Shown: in pieces, positions 38,287 to 50,456 of the stretch
Position numbering within the stretch: the stretch's first letter is position 1
How the letters are laid out: every line of letters starts with the position of its first letter
DNA from: Pseudomonadota bacterium
GTDB taxonomy: Bacteria; Myxococcota; JACRCW01; JAFGSX01
Reading direction: 5' to 3'
Length of the DNA: 64,000 bases
Assembly (NCBI GenBank): GCA_043821645.1
Contig: JBDRCO010000087.1
Location: 192,001 to 256,000, forward strand
Program-made: the position numbers and the translations under genes
The notes under the pieces: model-generated
Database searches by the model: none
The model's input: the letters and a program-made list of their open reading frames with translations, nothing else
Told to the model about the DNA's origin: nothing

Positions 38287-38856
38287 TCAGCTCGCCGTCG
38301 CGGGCTTGTAGGTCGCAACCTTCATGTTGACGTCGAGAAGCTCGGCATTGTCGAAGCGTGTCTTGACCTTGATCTTGAGCACCTTGACCATGCCCGCCGG
38401 ACCGCCCTGCTCGACCCGCTCCAAAAAACCGTCGAGCTTGTCCAGGGACATCTGCTTCAGGTTGACGTCGACACTGATCTCATCGATGCCGCTGTCCTTG
38501 AGGGGCGTGCGGCGCTCGTTGAGGTCGTTGAGGGTCAGGCCGAACTCGCCGGCGACCTTGGGCAGCAGCGAGAAGAGCTGCACGTTGTTGCGTGCAAGCT
38601 GCTGCTTGGTGGTCTCGCGCTCGCGCTGGGCGTCGCGGTACTGGCCCTCGAGGCCCAGAATCTGCGTCAGTTGGGTCCTGCGCTCGGAGAGACGGCGCTG
38701 GGCCTTGGTCAGGTGGGCATCGACCAGCAGCGTGCTGCCCACGAAGGCAAACAGCAGCACGGCGACGACGGTGACACCGACGAGGAGCCGCTCTCGCCCC
38801 GAAAGGCGACTGAACGCGGCAACGGCCTGGTTGATGAAAGCGCTCCGACTGGCCAT
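38287..38856 (-). CDS. gspM: Type II secretion system protein GspM
   Basis: LSGRERLL followed by TM, coiled coil and ferredoxin-like C-terminus. Confidence 0.8.
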   Translation of the reverse strand: MASRSAFINQAVAAFSRLSGRERLLVGVTVVAVLLFAFVGSTLLVDAHLTKAQRRLSERRTQLTQILGLEGQYRDAQRERETTKQQLARNNVQLFSLLPKVAGEFGLTLNDLNERRTPLKDSGIDEISVDVNLKQMSLDKLDGFLERVEQGGPAGMVKVLKIKVKTRFDNAELLDVNMKVATYKPATAS

Positions 38857-38858
38857 GG

Positions 38859-40607
38859 TCAGCCCTCCTTGTCCGGGACCTCGGTGTCGACGGGCGGAGC
38901 ATCGGGACCGGGCAGGGCCTCGACCGCTGCCGGCTTGAGGCTGCAGTCGACGTCCAGGGTGACGCTGTAGCCCACCTTGTCACCGGTCTGCCGCGCGGGT
39001 CCCCGCTGCACGTTGTGAAAGCAATGGCCCTTTTGCATGCTGGTGACGATCTTGTCGACGGATTCGAAGCTGTCCGTGGTGCCCTTGATGCGTACGCGAT
39101 CGATCCCGATCTCCAGCTCGTCGACCTTCACCGACACCCCCTCCGGAGTGGATCTGGCGACCTCGAGGTAGGGATCGATGGCGGAGATCGTGGGGACGCC
39201 GGCTCCCTCGCCCGAGGGTCGGATCTGCTCGTTCATCATGGCCAGGCAGCGCTCGGCGCTCTTGACCTCCTGTCCCAGGATGCTCTTGCAGGTCTCTTGC
39301 TGGCGCGCCACCACCTGCGACTCCTGACGCGTGATGTCGAAGTAGCGTGCGTAGCCATTGAAACCGAGCAGCAGCGAGACGACCAGCAGACCTGCCACCA
39401 GCTGCGGGGCGCGTCCTTCGAGAAATTCGAAGTCGCCACGGTAGGCAAACTCACCCTGCCTGAAGTCGAGGCGCTCGCTCTTTCCCGCAGCGAATCCGCT
39501 CAGGGCATAGGCCAGGGCCTTGGCCGCGTGGGTCATGTCGGTACCCTCGGCCCACTGGTCGACGGGAAGCACCGGTGCCAGTGCCTCGCTGACCATCGTC
39601 GCGCGCTTGACCTCAACGTTGAGTTCGGCCGCCAGGTAGCGGTCGAGGTTGTGAACGCGTGCCCCACCACCGCACAGGTAGATTCGGCGCACCCTCGCCC
39701 GGCGCAGCGCGACCACGGACTGAAAGCTCTGGCGCAGCTCGCGCACGACAGGCTGTAGCGCGCTCTTGAGAGCTTGCGAGATGCGTTCTTGCTCGGGGTA
39801 GGGAGCCTTCTCGCCGGACACCTCGAGGTAAGCCTCGCGCAGTTTGCCTTGCTCGGCCTGGTCAAGGGGCAGGTGGAAGGCCTTGGCCAGGCTGCGCGTG
39901 AGGTCGCTACCACCACGAATCAGCGTGCGAGCGGTCACCACCTGGTCGTCGGCCATGATGCAAATTGCCGTGCGTCGGTGCCCGATGTCGACGATGGCGG
40001 TGGCGGGAGTGTAGGCGTCGGGTCCCATGGCGATGGCGGTGCCCCCAGGGGTCACGGCCGGAGCGACGATCTCGTCGGCGGGAGCCAGCAGGTGCCGGTA
40101 CAGGTCGTCGAGGGCCAGAGCATCGAGCTCGACATGGCGCGGGTCCACACCCACGGACTTGAGGGTGTTCAGAAAGGTTGCGACATCGGTCTTCTTGGCC
40201 AGGCCCACCAGGACGTCTGTTTTCTTGTCGACCTGGCCGCTGAGCACGCTGTTGGTCATCACCATGTCGTCGAGATCGTAGGGGACCTGGGCCTCGACCT
40301 CGTAGCGCAGCGTCGCGTCAATGCGGCGAGTGTCGCTGAAGGGGAGGCGCACCAGGCGCGTGGTGGCGACGTCACCGGGCAGCCCAGTGATGAACATATC
40401 GCCGGTCAGCGCACCGCGTGTTTTGAGCGCGCGCAGGGCATCACCGACGCGATCGAAGTAGGCGCGAGGCTCGGAATCCGCGGTCTCCTCCTCCTGCACC
40501 GGCTCTTCGTAGTAGGCGGTCACGTTGAAGGTCCGCATGCTCACGGCCAGATGCACCACCTTGATGCTGTGGGTGCCGACGTCGAGGCCGACTACGCGCT
40601 GTGCCAT
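38859..40607 (-). CDS. gspL: Type II secretion system protein GspL (PilM/FtsA-like cytoplasmic domain)
   Basis: GLDVGTHSIKVV, VDIGHRRT, LCGGGA, TM, PilN-like C-terminus. Confidence 0.85.
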   Translation of the reverse strand: MAQRVVGLDVGTHSIKVVHLAVSMRTFNVTAYYEEPVQEEETADSEPRAYFDRVGDALRALKTRGALTGDMFITGLPGDVATTRLVRLPFSDTRRIDATLRYEVEAQVPYDLDDMVMTNSVLSGQVDKKTDVLVGLAKKTDVATFLNTLKSVGVDPRHVELDALALDDLYRHLLAPADEIVAPAVTPGGTAIAMGPDAYTPATAIVDIGHRRTAICIMADDQVVTARTLIRGGSDLTRSLAKAFHLPLDQAEQGKLREAYLEVSGEKAPYPEQERISQALKSALQPVVRELRQSFQSVVALRRARVRRIYLCGGGARVHNLDRYLAAELNVEVKRATMVSEALAPVLPVDQWAEGTDMTHAAKALAYALSGFAAGKSERLDFRQGEFAYRGDFEFLEGRAPQLVAGLLVVSLLLGFNGYARYFDITRQESQVVARQQETCKSILGQEVKSAERCLAMMNEQIRPSGEGAGVPTISAIDPYLEVARSTPEGVSVKVDELEIGIDRVRIKGTTDSFESVDKIVTSMQKGHCFHNVQRGPARQTGDKVGYSVTLDVDCSLKPAAVEALPGPDAPPVDTEVPDKEG

Positions 40608-40687
40608 TGGGCCACCTCATCTCGATCACAACGTTCACGTTCCATCGCTTGCGTCCCGGATCTGGAGCAGGCTTCCTGGGCTTTCCC

Positions 40688-42037
40688 CTACTCCTCGCGC
40701 CAGTAGTACATCTCTTCGTTGGAGCGAAACACGCGAACCACCGTCGTGATGGAGCGCTCCACATCACCCACCTGGGCTGTCGCCTTGATGGTGAAGAACA
40801 TGCTCTGCTCGGAGATCAGAGATTCGCAACGCGCGGTATCCACCGTCAGACCTTGCGATTGCAGGAAGCCCATCCAGCCCTGGCCACTGACCGCACCGTA
40901 ACCGCCGAGCATGCCCAGCTGCCTGTACTCCTGCCAGCGCAGCAGCGTCTGGATCAGCCACGCCGGGTCACTGAGCACGAAGTCCTGGGGATTCTGGGCA
41001 CAGGCGACGATGAGCCCGATGAGGACCGTCGGGTTGGTCGCGCTCTTGATGTTGACCTTGCCGTCGCTGTAGATGGTCAGGGCCGGGGCGAAGGTGTCGA
41101 ACATCTCGTCGTCGAAGCCACGCACCAGATGCAGCTCGTCGTGCGAATCGAAATAGGCGTTCTTGGCCTTGTAGGGCGGGTCCAGCTGATCGTAGCTCGA
41201 GTCTTCGCTGCCGCCGACGTCGCGCGCAAAGCGCTCGGGGGGTGCCTTGGCATCCGTCATGTTCTGATCGCGGTCGATCCAGTCGCGCAGTGCCGCGATC
41301 ACGTCCCAGCGATCCGATCGCTGGCCGTGGCTGTCTTCTTCCTCGAACAGGAAATCGTAGCGGGCGGGCAAGAACAGCGCGTACAGCAGGTCCCGCCGGG
41401 CCGCGGCCGCGGGGCCGAACTCGGTCTCCCAGCGGCGCAGCGAGAGCTTGCTGTCTTCGTCGGTGATCTCGACCTTGAACGTGCCGCCCATGTCGCAAAA
41501 GGCGGACTTGTCGTCGAAAAGCGAGAACTTCTTGGGGTCGATCTCGTCGTCGAGGGACATCTTCTCGCGGGCCATCTCGCGACGCTGGCCCAGGGATTCA
41601 CGTGCCGACTCCATGTCAAAGCCCAGCGCCTCGCCGATCTGGCCCCCGGTGACACCGCACAGCAGCTCGCTGTCGAGGGGGATGAGCTTCCACACCACGA
41701 ACTCGCCAAAGGGAAGCATTCCGGTCTGTTGCGCCATGTCGAGGGCGGGCTGGATCTGATCCTGGAAGAACAACAGCAGGCGAGCCAGCTCGACGCCCGA
41801 GCGCGCCAAATAGTGTGCCTTGAGGGCGTCGCGCTCGCGGGCAGAGACCATGAACTTGACGTGCTGGTTGTAAGCAAAGTCGCCGACCACGGCGGACAGC
41901 AAGGCCAGGGCCATGAGCACCATGAGCAGGGCCACACCGCGCTGGCGCCTCCGCCGAGAACGCGATCGATCCCCGGGCCGGGTTGTTCGCAGGTGCTGCG
42001 CCATGGCACGCGGGGCCTGTTGTGATCGGTTTCGCAT
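40688..42037 (-). CDS. gspK: Type II secretion minor pseudopilin GspK
   Basis: RQRG|VALLMVL prepilin site lacking E5. DWIDRD, KNAYFDSHDELHLVRG, KVNI. Start may be 42004. Confidence 0.88.
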   Translation of the reverse strand: MRNRSQQAPRAMAQHLRTTRPGDRSRSRRRRQRGVALLMVLMALALLSAVVGDFAYNQHVKFMVSARERDALKAHYLARSGVELARLLLFFQDQIQPALDMAQQTGMLPFGEFVVWKLIPLDSELLCGVTGGQIGEALGFDMESARESLGQRREMAREKMSLDDEIDPKKFSLFDDKSAFCDMGGTFKVEITDEDSKLSLRRWETEFGPAAAARRDLLYALFLPARYDFLFEEEDSHGQRSDRWDVIAALRDWIDRDQNMTDAKAPPERFARDVGGSEDSSYDQLDPPYKAKNAYFDSHDELHLVRGFDDEMFDTFAPALTIYSDGKVNIKSATNPTVLIGLIVACAQNPQDFVLSDPAWLIQTLLRWQEYRQLGMLGGYGAVSGQGWMGFLQSQGLTVDTARCESLISEQSMFFTIKATAQVGDVERSITTVVRVFRSNEEMYYWREE

Positions 42038-42039
42038 GC

Positions 42040-42738
42040 TCAGTTCGCACTCAACTTGATCGGGACCCGCAGCTGGATCTCGGCCTGGGTCTCGAACACC
42101 TGCTCGCGCGTCTCGTCGAGCTGGACGCGCATGCGAATGCGGACCCGGGGAGGCAGCTTGCCGTTGGCCTCGAGGGATTCGCTGTCCCAGTCCTCGATCC
42201 ACTCCTTGTCGTTCTCGTTCCAGTAGTCAAAGGTCAGGTCCTTGACGCCCGTGCACAGCACGTCGGTGTGGGCATCGGCCTCACTCATCACATCCTCGCC
42301 CGTGTTCTCGTCGATGCGTGTCTTCTCCTTGCGCAACAGGGCCGTGTGGCGGCCGTCTTCGGGATCGCTGTCGACCCAGTAGGTCAGCACGTTCTGGTCG
42401 CTCTCCTTGGCGTCGCGCACCCGCCGCACGTGGCTGAAGGAGGTGAACACCAGGCGATCGCCCTCACCGTCCCGGTCTTCCTTGAACAGGGTCTTGGAAC
42501 GCCGCTCCTCGCGGTTGTAGTGGTCGCTCAGGTAAGCCATGGACAGCTCGGTGGCCATTCGATTCAAGGAGATGCGGATCTCGTCGGAACGATCGCTGAG
42601 GACCTCGATCTGCTCCTTGGCGTCGATGGCGGATGTCAGGCCCTCGTACAGCACCGCGCCAATGATGGAGAGCAGGGTGATGGCGATCATCACCTCCATC
42701 ATGGTGAATCCGCGATCGCGCTGCGGCGTCCGCCTCAC
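42040..42738 (-). CDS. gspJ: Type II secretion minor pseudopilin GspJ
   Basis: RG|FTMMEVMIAI, WDS, LPPRVRI. GTGA overlap with gspI. Confidence 0.87.
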   Translation of the reverse strand: MRRTPQRDRGFTMMEVMIAITLLSIIGAVLYEGLTSAIDAKEQIEVLSDRSDEIRISLNRMATELSMAYLSDHYNREERRSKTLFKEDRDGEGDRLVFTSFSHVRRVRDAKESDQNVLTYWVDSDPEDGRHTALLRKEKTRIDENTGEDVMSEADAHTDVLCTGVKDLTFDYWNENDKEWIEDWDSESLEANGKLPPRVRIRMRVQLDETREQVFETQAEIQLRVPIKLSAN

Positions 42739-43415
42739 TTGGTCACCGCGCCTGGCACACCGGGTGTGGGTGCTGTGATGCCGGTGGGGCGGTTGAACGA
42801 ACCCGGGGGAGACATGGCCTGCCTGCCCAGGGGAGGGGTCCCGGGCGGAAGGTTCATGCCCGGGGGCAAGCCGGTGCCTCCACCCAGTCCAGACATCCCC
42901 GAGTTCATGAGCCCGGTGGCCAGGCTCTCGCGACTGACGATGTGGGTGACGACGGAGATGTGACGATCGTACTCGCCGTCCTTCCACAGCACGCGAACCT
43001 CGATTTCGCGCACGGCGTTCTCCAGCACCGATCCCAGGTTCTGGACCATGGGGGCGAGGGCCGCCATGGACATGCCGCCGGATCCCTCGACCGGCTCGTT
43101 GCCACCGGCTCCCAGCGAGGTCGGCGTGGGGACCTCGACCTTGCGCACGCGGGCGATCCAGGTGAACTCCGGAAAACCCTCTTCCTCAAATTTGCCGTCG
43201 AGGATCTTCATGAAATCGCCAAAGCCTTCCTCGCGCAGGGTTTGCTGCACATCGAGGATCTTGCCGCGGGCGAGCAGGGTGGCGACGGTGTAGTTGCGGG
43301 TGTCGACGGTCTTGTCGATGGCGTTGGTCTCGATCTCGATGACCACACCCATGGCCAGGGCCACGATCGCCACCGCGATCATCACCTCGAGCAATGTGAA
43401 GCCCTGCCGCCTCAT
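42735..43415 (-). CDS. gspI: Type II secretion minor pseudopilin GspI
   Basis: MRRQG|FTLLEVMIAVAI, VREIEVRVLW. Confidence 0.85.
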   Translation of the reverse strand: MRRQGFTLLEVMIAVAIVALAMGVVIEIETNAIDKTVDTRNYTVATLLARGKILDVQQTLREEGFGDFMKILDGKFEEEGFPEFTWIARVRKVEVPTPTSLGAGGNEPVEGSGGMSMAALAPMVQNLGSVLENAVREIEVRVLWKDGEYDRHISVVTHIVSRESLATGLMNSGMSGLGGGTGLPPGMNLPPGTPPLGRQAMSPPGSFNRPTGITAPTPGVPGAVTK

Positions 43416-44209
43416 GACCTGGGGATCTCCACGGCCTCGGCGGTGATGGCGGTGCGTGCCGTGAGCGGGTTGACCGTGATGGTCAGGGTGCGCTCGCCGT
43501 ACTCGTCATCGGAGAGGGCGATGATCGCGCGCTCGGTGTAACCGGTCGGGAAAAAATACAGCTCGGCCGATCCCTTGAGAAAACCTTCCTTCTGGTGCTC
43601 TATCCACACGCGGTGAAAGCGGACGTCGCCCTCGAGTTTCTGGGGTTTGCCGGTGTCGTCGTCCACGGGTGAGAAGCTGATCTGGCGCCTCAGCTGCTTC
43701 TTGAGCGAGGCTTCGAGGTCATCGTCAGCGGACAGGCCGAAACCTGACGAGGGCATACCCAGCATCCCCGAGGAGGCACCGGCCATGGCTTCGAGTCCTC
43801 CCGAGGCGGCTCCGAGCATCGCCAGCATGGCGGCGCTCCCCGAGGCGCCCGCACCGGGGCTGGCTACCGCATCCTCGCGTGCGGCCTTGCGCTCTTCGAG
43901 GGTCTGGCCTCCGCGCCCCTCGGCGTCGGCCTTCTGCTTGCTGCTGGACAGCACGTAGTGCTCCTCGGTGCGCTCGAGCCAGAAGGCCCCCTGATCCAGA
44001 TCGAAGACCACACGATGGGTCTTGCCGGTGATGGCGGCACGGGCATAGGCCTCGCGAATCATGCCCGCAAGCATCGACGATGAGGTGCGCAGACCCGCGG
44101 CGCTCAGGGCATTGAAGCTCGGGATGGCGATGGCCGTGGTCAGGGCGATCAGGGCGATCACGATGCCAAGCTCGATGAGGGTGAATCCCTGGCGCACGCG
44201 GCGGGTCAT
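43412..44209 (-). CDS. gspH: Type II secretion minor pseudopilin GspH
   Basis: MTRRVRQG|FTLIELG, LYFFPTG, VNPLTAR. Confidence 0.85.
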   Translation of the reverse strand: MTRRVRQGFTLIELGIVIALIALTTAIAIPSFNALSAAGLRTSSSMLAGMIREAYARAAITGKTHRVVFDLDQGAFWLERTEEHYVLSSSKQKADAEGRGGQTLEERKAAREDAVASPGAGASGSAAMLAMLGAASGGLEAMAGASSGMLGMPSSGFGLSADDDLEASLKKQLRRQISFSPVDDDTGKPQKLEGDVRFHRVWIEHQKEGFLKGSAELYFFPTGYTERAIIALSDDEYGERTLTITVNPLTARTAITAEAVEIPRS

Positions 44210-44216
44210 GACGAAC

Positions 44217-44645
44217 TCAGTTCTCCTCGGCAGGCCAGTTGCCGATGTCGTCACCACCGCCCTCTTGACCGTCGGGGCCGAAGCTCTTGACGTCGAACTT
44301 GCTCGCGTTGTGGGTGCCCGGGAACAGGTACTGGTATTCGTTGTTCCAGGGATCCTTGGGCATGCGCTCCATGATGGGCTTGCCGTTGCTGGGGGGACTG
44401 ACCAAGGCGCCAAGACCCTCGGAGGTCGAAGGATAGCGACCGTAGAGTACGCGGTAGCTGTCCAGGCTCTTGGCGATCTCGTGCGCCTGGGTGCGCGCAC
44501 TGTCGATCTGCCCGCGCTCGAGCATGTTGACAGCCGCCACACCCACGGCGGCGGCGATGATGCCGAGCAAGGTGATCACCACCATGATCTCGATCAGGGT
44601 CATGCCGCGGCTGGAGCGGCGTCGGCGATTGTCGTTCTTCTTCAT
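44217..44645 (-). CDS. gspG: Type II secretion major pseudopilin GspG
   Basis: RG|MTLIEIMVV, GRYPSTSEGLGAL, PKDPWNNEYQY, SFGPDGQEGGGDDIGNW. Confidence 0.95.
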   Translation of the reverse strand: MKKNDNRRRRSSRGMTLIEIMVVITLLGIIAAAVGVAAVNMLERGQIDSARTQAHEIAKSLDSYRVLYGRYPSTSEGLGALVSPPSNGKPIMERMPKDPWNNEYQYLFPGTHNASKFDVKSFGPDGQEGGGDDIGNWPAEEN

Positions 44646-44684
44646 CAAATTCTCCTGTCCTCGCGCACGACGGCGCGAACGAGG

Positions 44685-45915
44685 TCAATGCACGAACTGG
44701 TTGAGCTGCAAGATGGGCATCAGGATCGAGAACACGATAAAGGCGACCACGCCGCCCATCAGCAGGATCATCAGCGGCTCGAGCAGCGTGGTCAACATGC
44801 CCACGCGCCTCGACCTGTTGCTCGTAGCTGTCCGCGACCTTGAACAGCATGTTCTCGAGGGCGCCTGAGCGCTCACCGATGGCCACCATGTGCACGACGA
44901 TGGGCGGGAACTGCTTCGAGCGACGCAGGGGGTCGGCGATGCTGGCGCCCTCGCGCACCGCCTCGCGCACATCCTCGATGGCGCCCGTGAGCACCGTATT
45001 GGTGACGACGTTCTTGACGATGTCCAGCGCCGTGAGCAGGGGCACGCCCGAGGACAGCAAGGTGCCCAGGGTGCGTGAGAAGCGCGCCACAGCCAGCATG
45101 CGCACGATGGTGCCAAAGACCGGCACCACCAGTGACACGCGATCGATCACCGCGCGCCCTCGCGTGCTGCGCGACCAGCGCCGCAGCACCACGGCCGCGA
45201 TCAGCAGCACCAGCAACACCATCCACCAGTAGTCGCGGGTGATCTCCGAGGACCCAATGAGCAGGCGGGTGGGCAGCGGGAGCTGCGCGTTGGCGTTCTT
45301 GAAGATCAACGTGATGCGCGGGATGACGACGGTGAACAGGATGCCCAGGATGCCGATGCCCACGAAGACCATGATGATGGGATACATCATCGTCCCCAGG
45401 ATCTTGGAGCGCAGGCGGCTCTGGCCTTCGGTGAAGTCGGCCAGCCGGAACAGCACCACGTCGAGGGCACCCGAGGACTCGCCGGCGCGGATCATGTTGA
45501 CGTAGAGGCCGCTGAAGGCCTTGGGGTGCTCCTTGAGCGCGTCGGCCAGCGACGTGCCCTCGTTGACCTTCTGCTTCACCGTCGAGAACACGCGCTTGAG
45601 TGCCTTGCTCTCGACCTGATCCACCAAGGCGGTGAGTGCCTCGACCAGGGGGATACCGGCATTGAGCAGGGTCGCGAGCTGCCGTGTCGACACTGCCACG
45701 TCCTGCACCGAGATGCGCTGGGGTAGGTAGCGCGACAGGTCGACGTCGCGCGACAGCTTGCCCTTGAGGCCCTTCTCACTCTCCGCGAAGAACTCGGTGA
45801 GGAAGATGCCATCCTTGCGCAGCACCGTGCGCAGGACCTTGGGGCTGTCGGCCTCGCGCAGACCGCGGACGGCGCTGCCCTGGGTATCGAGGCCCTTGTA
45901 CTCGAACACCGGCAT
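44685..45915 (-). pseudogene. gspF: Type II secretion inner-membrane platform GspF, frameshifted near 44805 (real lesion or sequence error)
   Basis: Frame 1 reads MPVFEYKG...GERSGALENMLFKVADSYEQQVEAR. The conserved end VGMLTTLLEPLMILLMGGVVAFIVFSILMPILQLNQFVH is in another frame. Confidence 0.85.
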
Positions 45916-45916
45916 C

Positions 45917-47769
<1,853 letters not shown>

Positions 47770-47770
<1 letters not shown>

Positions 47771-50436
47771 CACTCGCCCTCGCTCTCGGCGGGCGCAGGC
47801 CGGGAGGGGATCATGGCATCAGGCCTTCGCAGCGCTGGTGCATTGCGCATCCCCTCCTCGCCGATGGGTGTGGGTGCTGCCTCGCCGTCGCCGGTGCTTG
47901 CGGCGTCGCCGCCCTGTGGCGCGATGTCGATGGTGTTCTCCTTGGGTGGGGACACCAAGATCTCGTCGCCAAAGCCCGGGCCGCCGTTCTCGACCTTGCG
48001 CATCTCGCGGGAGATGCTGTGGTGCATGGCGCCGTAGGCGCCGGTCTTCTTGGCGTACTCGACCGGCGCATTGAAGGCATCCTCGCCGCCGTAGAACAGA
48101 TCGAGGAACTCCTGACGCTCGCGCAGCTTGCGCTCGTAGATGCGCCGGAAGTCCTCGTCGCCCTCGATGATGTAAGGCGTCAGCACCAGCAACAGGTTGG
48201 TCTTGCGCTGGTTGTCGCCGTGAGTCTTGAAGGCCCATCCGATCAGGGGCAGGTCTCCCAGGATGGGGATCTTGGTCTCGGACTTGTCCTTGCGCGAGCT
48301 GATCAGGCCACCCAGGATGATCGTTTGCTGGTCGCGCACCACCACCGTGGTCTTGGCGTTCTTCTTCGTCGTCACCGGCTGCTTCTGGCCAAAGCCCACG
48401 TCGATGTATTCGCCCAGGTCCGAGATCTCTTGCTCGATCTCCAGCCTCACCTGGTTGTCCTCGGAGATGTGTGGGGTCACCGCGAACTTCAGGGCCACGT
48501 CCTGGCGCTGCACGCTGACCATCGGGAAGTAGCCGCCATAACCGCCCGTGGTGCCGCCGCCACCGGAGATGGAGCCGGCAAAGGGCACGTTCTGGCCAAC
48601 CAGGATCTCGGCCTTCTCGTTGTCGGTGGTCAAAATATGCGGCGTGCTCAGTACGTCGACGTCGGCGTCCTTCTGCACCGCCTGCATGACCGCGCCGAAG
48701 GACGGCAGCCCACCGGGGAGCACGTTCTCGCTGCCCGGCACGATGGGACCGCGGAAGGCGAGGAAACCCAAGAACGCAGCCAGGTTGGTGGCGCTGACCG
48801 CGCTCGAGCTGCCGCCGGTGATGGAGCTGACTGCGGCCGAGGTTCCGGTCGACGAGATCAGCCCCTGGCCGCCCGGATTGGTTGCCAGACCATAGCCCTC
48901 ACCCAGGCCCGGTATCTCTGCCTTGTAGCCGGTGAAGAGATTGAGCCCGAGGTCGACCTGCTTGCTCAGGCTGACCTCCATGATCACGGCCTCGACGAAG
49001 ACCTGGGGCCGTCGCACGTCGAGGCGCTCGACGACCTTGATCAGGCGCTTGTAGTCGCGGCCGGTGGCGACGATGACCAGGGCGTTGGTGGCCTTGTCCG
49101 CGGTGACCTTGACCTGGCCCTCGAACAGCTCCGCTGCACTGACCTGGCCCGCCGGTTTCTTGCCCTTGGCGGCAGCGGCTCCAGCACCCTGGGCCAGGGT
49201 GCTCACGGTGCGCGAGATCTCCTCGGCCACGGCATTGTTCAGGTAGTACACGTGCACCTGCTGCGTGCCTTCCTCGACGGGAACGTCGAGGATCTCGATG
49301 ATCTCCTTGATGCGATCGAAGCTGCGCTTGGAGCAGATCAGGATCAGCTTGTTGGTGCGGTCGTCGGCGATGGACTTGACCAGCACCACGCTCTCTTCCT
49401 CGGGCTCACCCTTGGTCGCGTCGGGGCTGTGCGCGCCACTGGCCGGGCGGGCCACGATGGGGGTCTTGGCTCCTTTGCCCTTGGGAGCCTCGAACAGCTG
49501 GGTCAGCTTCTGCGCGATGTCGCTGGCCGCGGCGTACTGGATGTCGACGATGTGGATCTGGTTGGTCGAGCCCTCGATGTCGAGCTTGGCCAGGATGCGC
49601 TTGATGCGCAGGATGTTGGCGCCCGAGTCGGCCAGGATCATCAGGTTGCTGGCCAGGGTCTGCAGGGTGCCATCCTTGCTCATCAGGTTCTGCACGACCT
49701 TCTGCACGCTGTCGACCTCGACGTGCTCGAACTCCAGCACCGCGGTCACCATGGCGTCGTCATTGGGAATGGCGTCGTCGTCCATCAACGTGGGAATGGG
49801 CTGCCGCACCGAATCCTTGCGCTGCTCGATCTTGTAAAACTTGCCCGAGGGCACCAGGTTGAGGCTGTTGATCTCGAGCGCGGTCAGGAAGGCCCGGTAG
49901 GCATCCTCCGTCGTCACCGGCTTCTCGCAGATGATGGTGATCTTCTGGGTCTTGAGGCGCTCGGGGATGATGAAGTTCATCCGCGTGAGCTTGGCGATCT
50001 GCTTGACCACGTCGAGCAGGTCGGCCTTGTCGAAGTTGAAGTAGCCCTTGCCCTTCTTGAATCGCGCCTCGCCGTCGATCTCGCTGGCGACAACGGTCTC
50101 GATCTTGTCCTCGCCGGCCGGGCCCGGCGCTGCGGCCTTGGCTGCGGCCTTGGCTGGGGCCCTGGCTGGGGCCTTGGCCGGGGCAGACGCATCCTTGCCC
50201 GTCTCGGCCTCGACCCGCTGCAGGCCACCGCGCTTGCCCGGAGGTGCGATGGGGCCACGGCCCTCGCCCTCGGTGGCGGCCCCCACACGCTGGCGCTTGA
50301 GGGGGTCCACCGGGCGGGGTGCCCGGTTGCGCAGCACGGGCAGCTTGGCGGGCGCGGGCAGTTCGGGCGCTTCGTCCTGGGCCAGGAGCGGAGTCGCGAG
50401 GGCGAGGATCAACAGAGCAGGGAGCGAGTGGCGCAT
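47770..50436 (-). CDS. gspD: Type II secretion secretin GspD
   Basis: Signal peptide MRHSLPALLILALATPLLA, N0-N3 domains, LDVRRPQVFVEAVIMEV, LSTPHILTTDN, KIPILGDLPLIGWAF. Confidence 0.95.
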
Positions 50437-50456
50437 GGATTCCTCGTCGTACCCGG

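Noticed and set aside
38859-40607. PilM/FtsA-like gene suggesting a type IV pilus or divisome locus
   Set aside because: Its position between gspK and gspM and its TM plus periplasmic tail match the normal myxobacterial GspL.
50135-50183. 12-bp tandem repeat (GCCTTGGCTGGG-like) in gspD
   Set aside because: In-frame APAK/AAAK linker coding. Not a mobile or phase-variable element.
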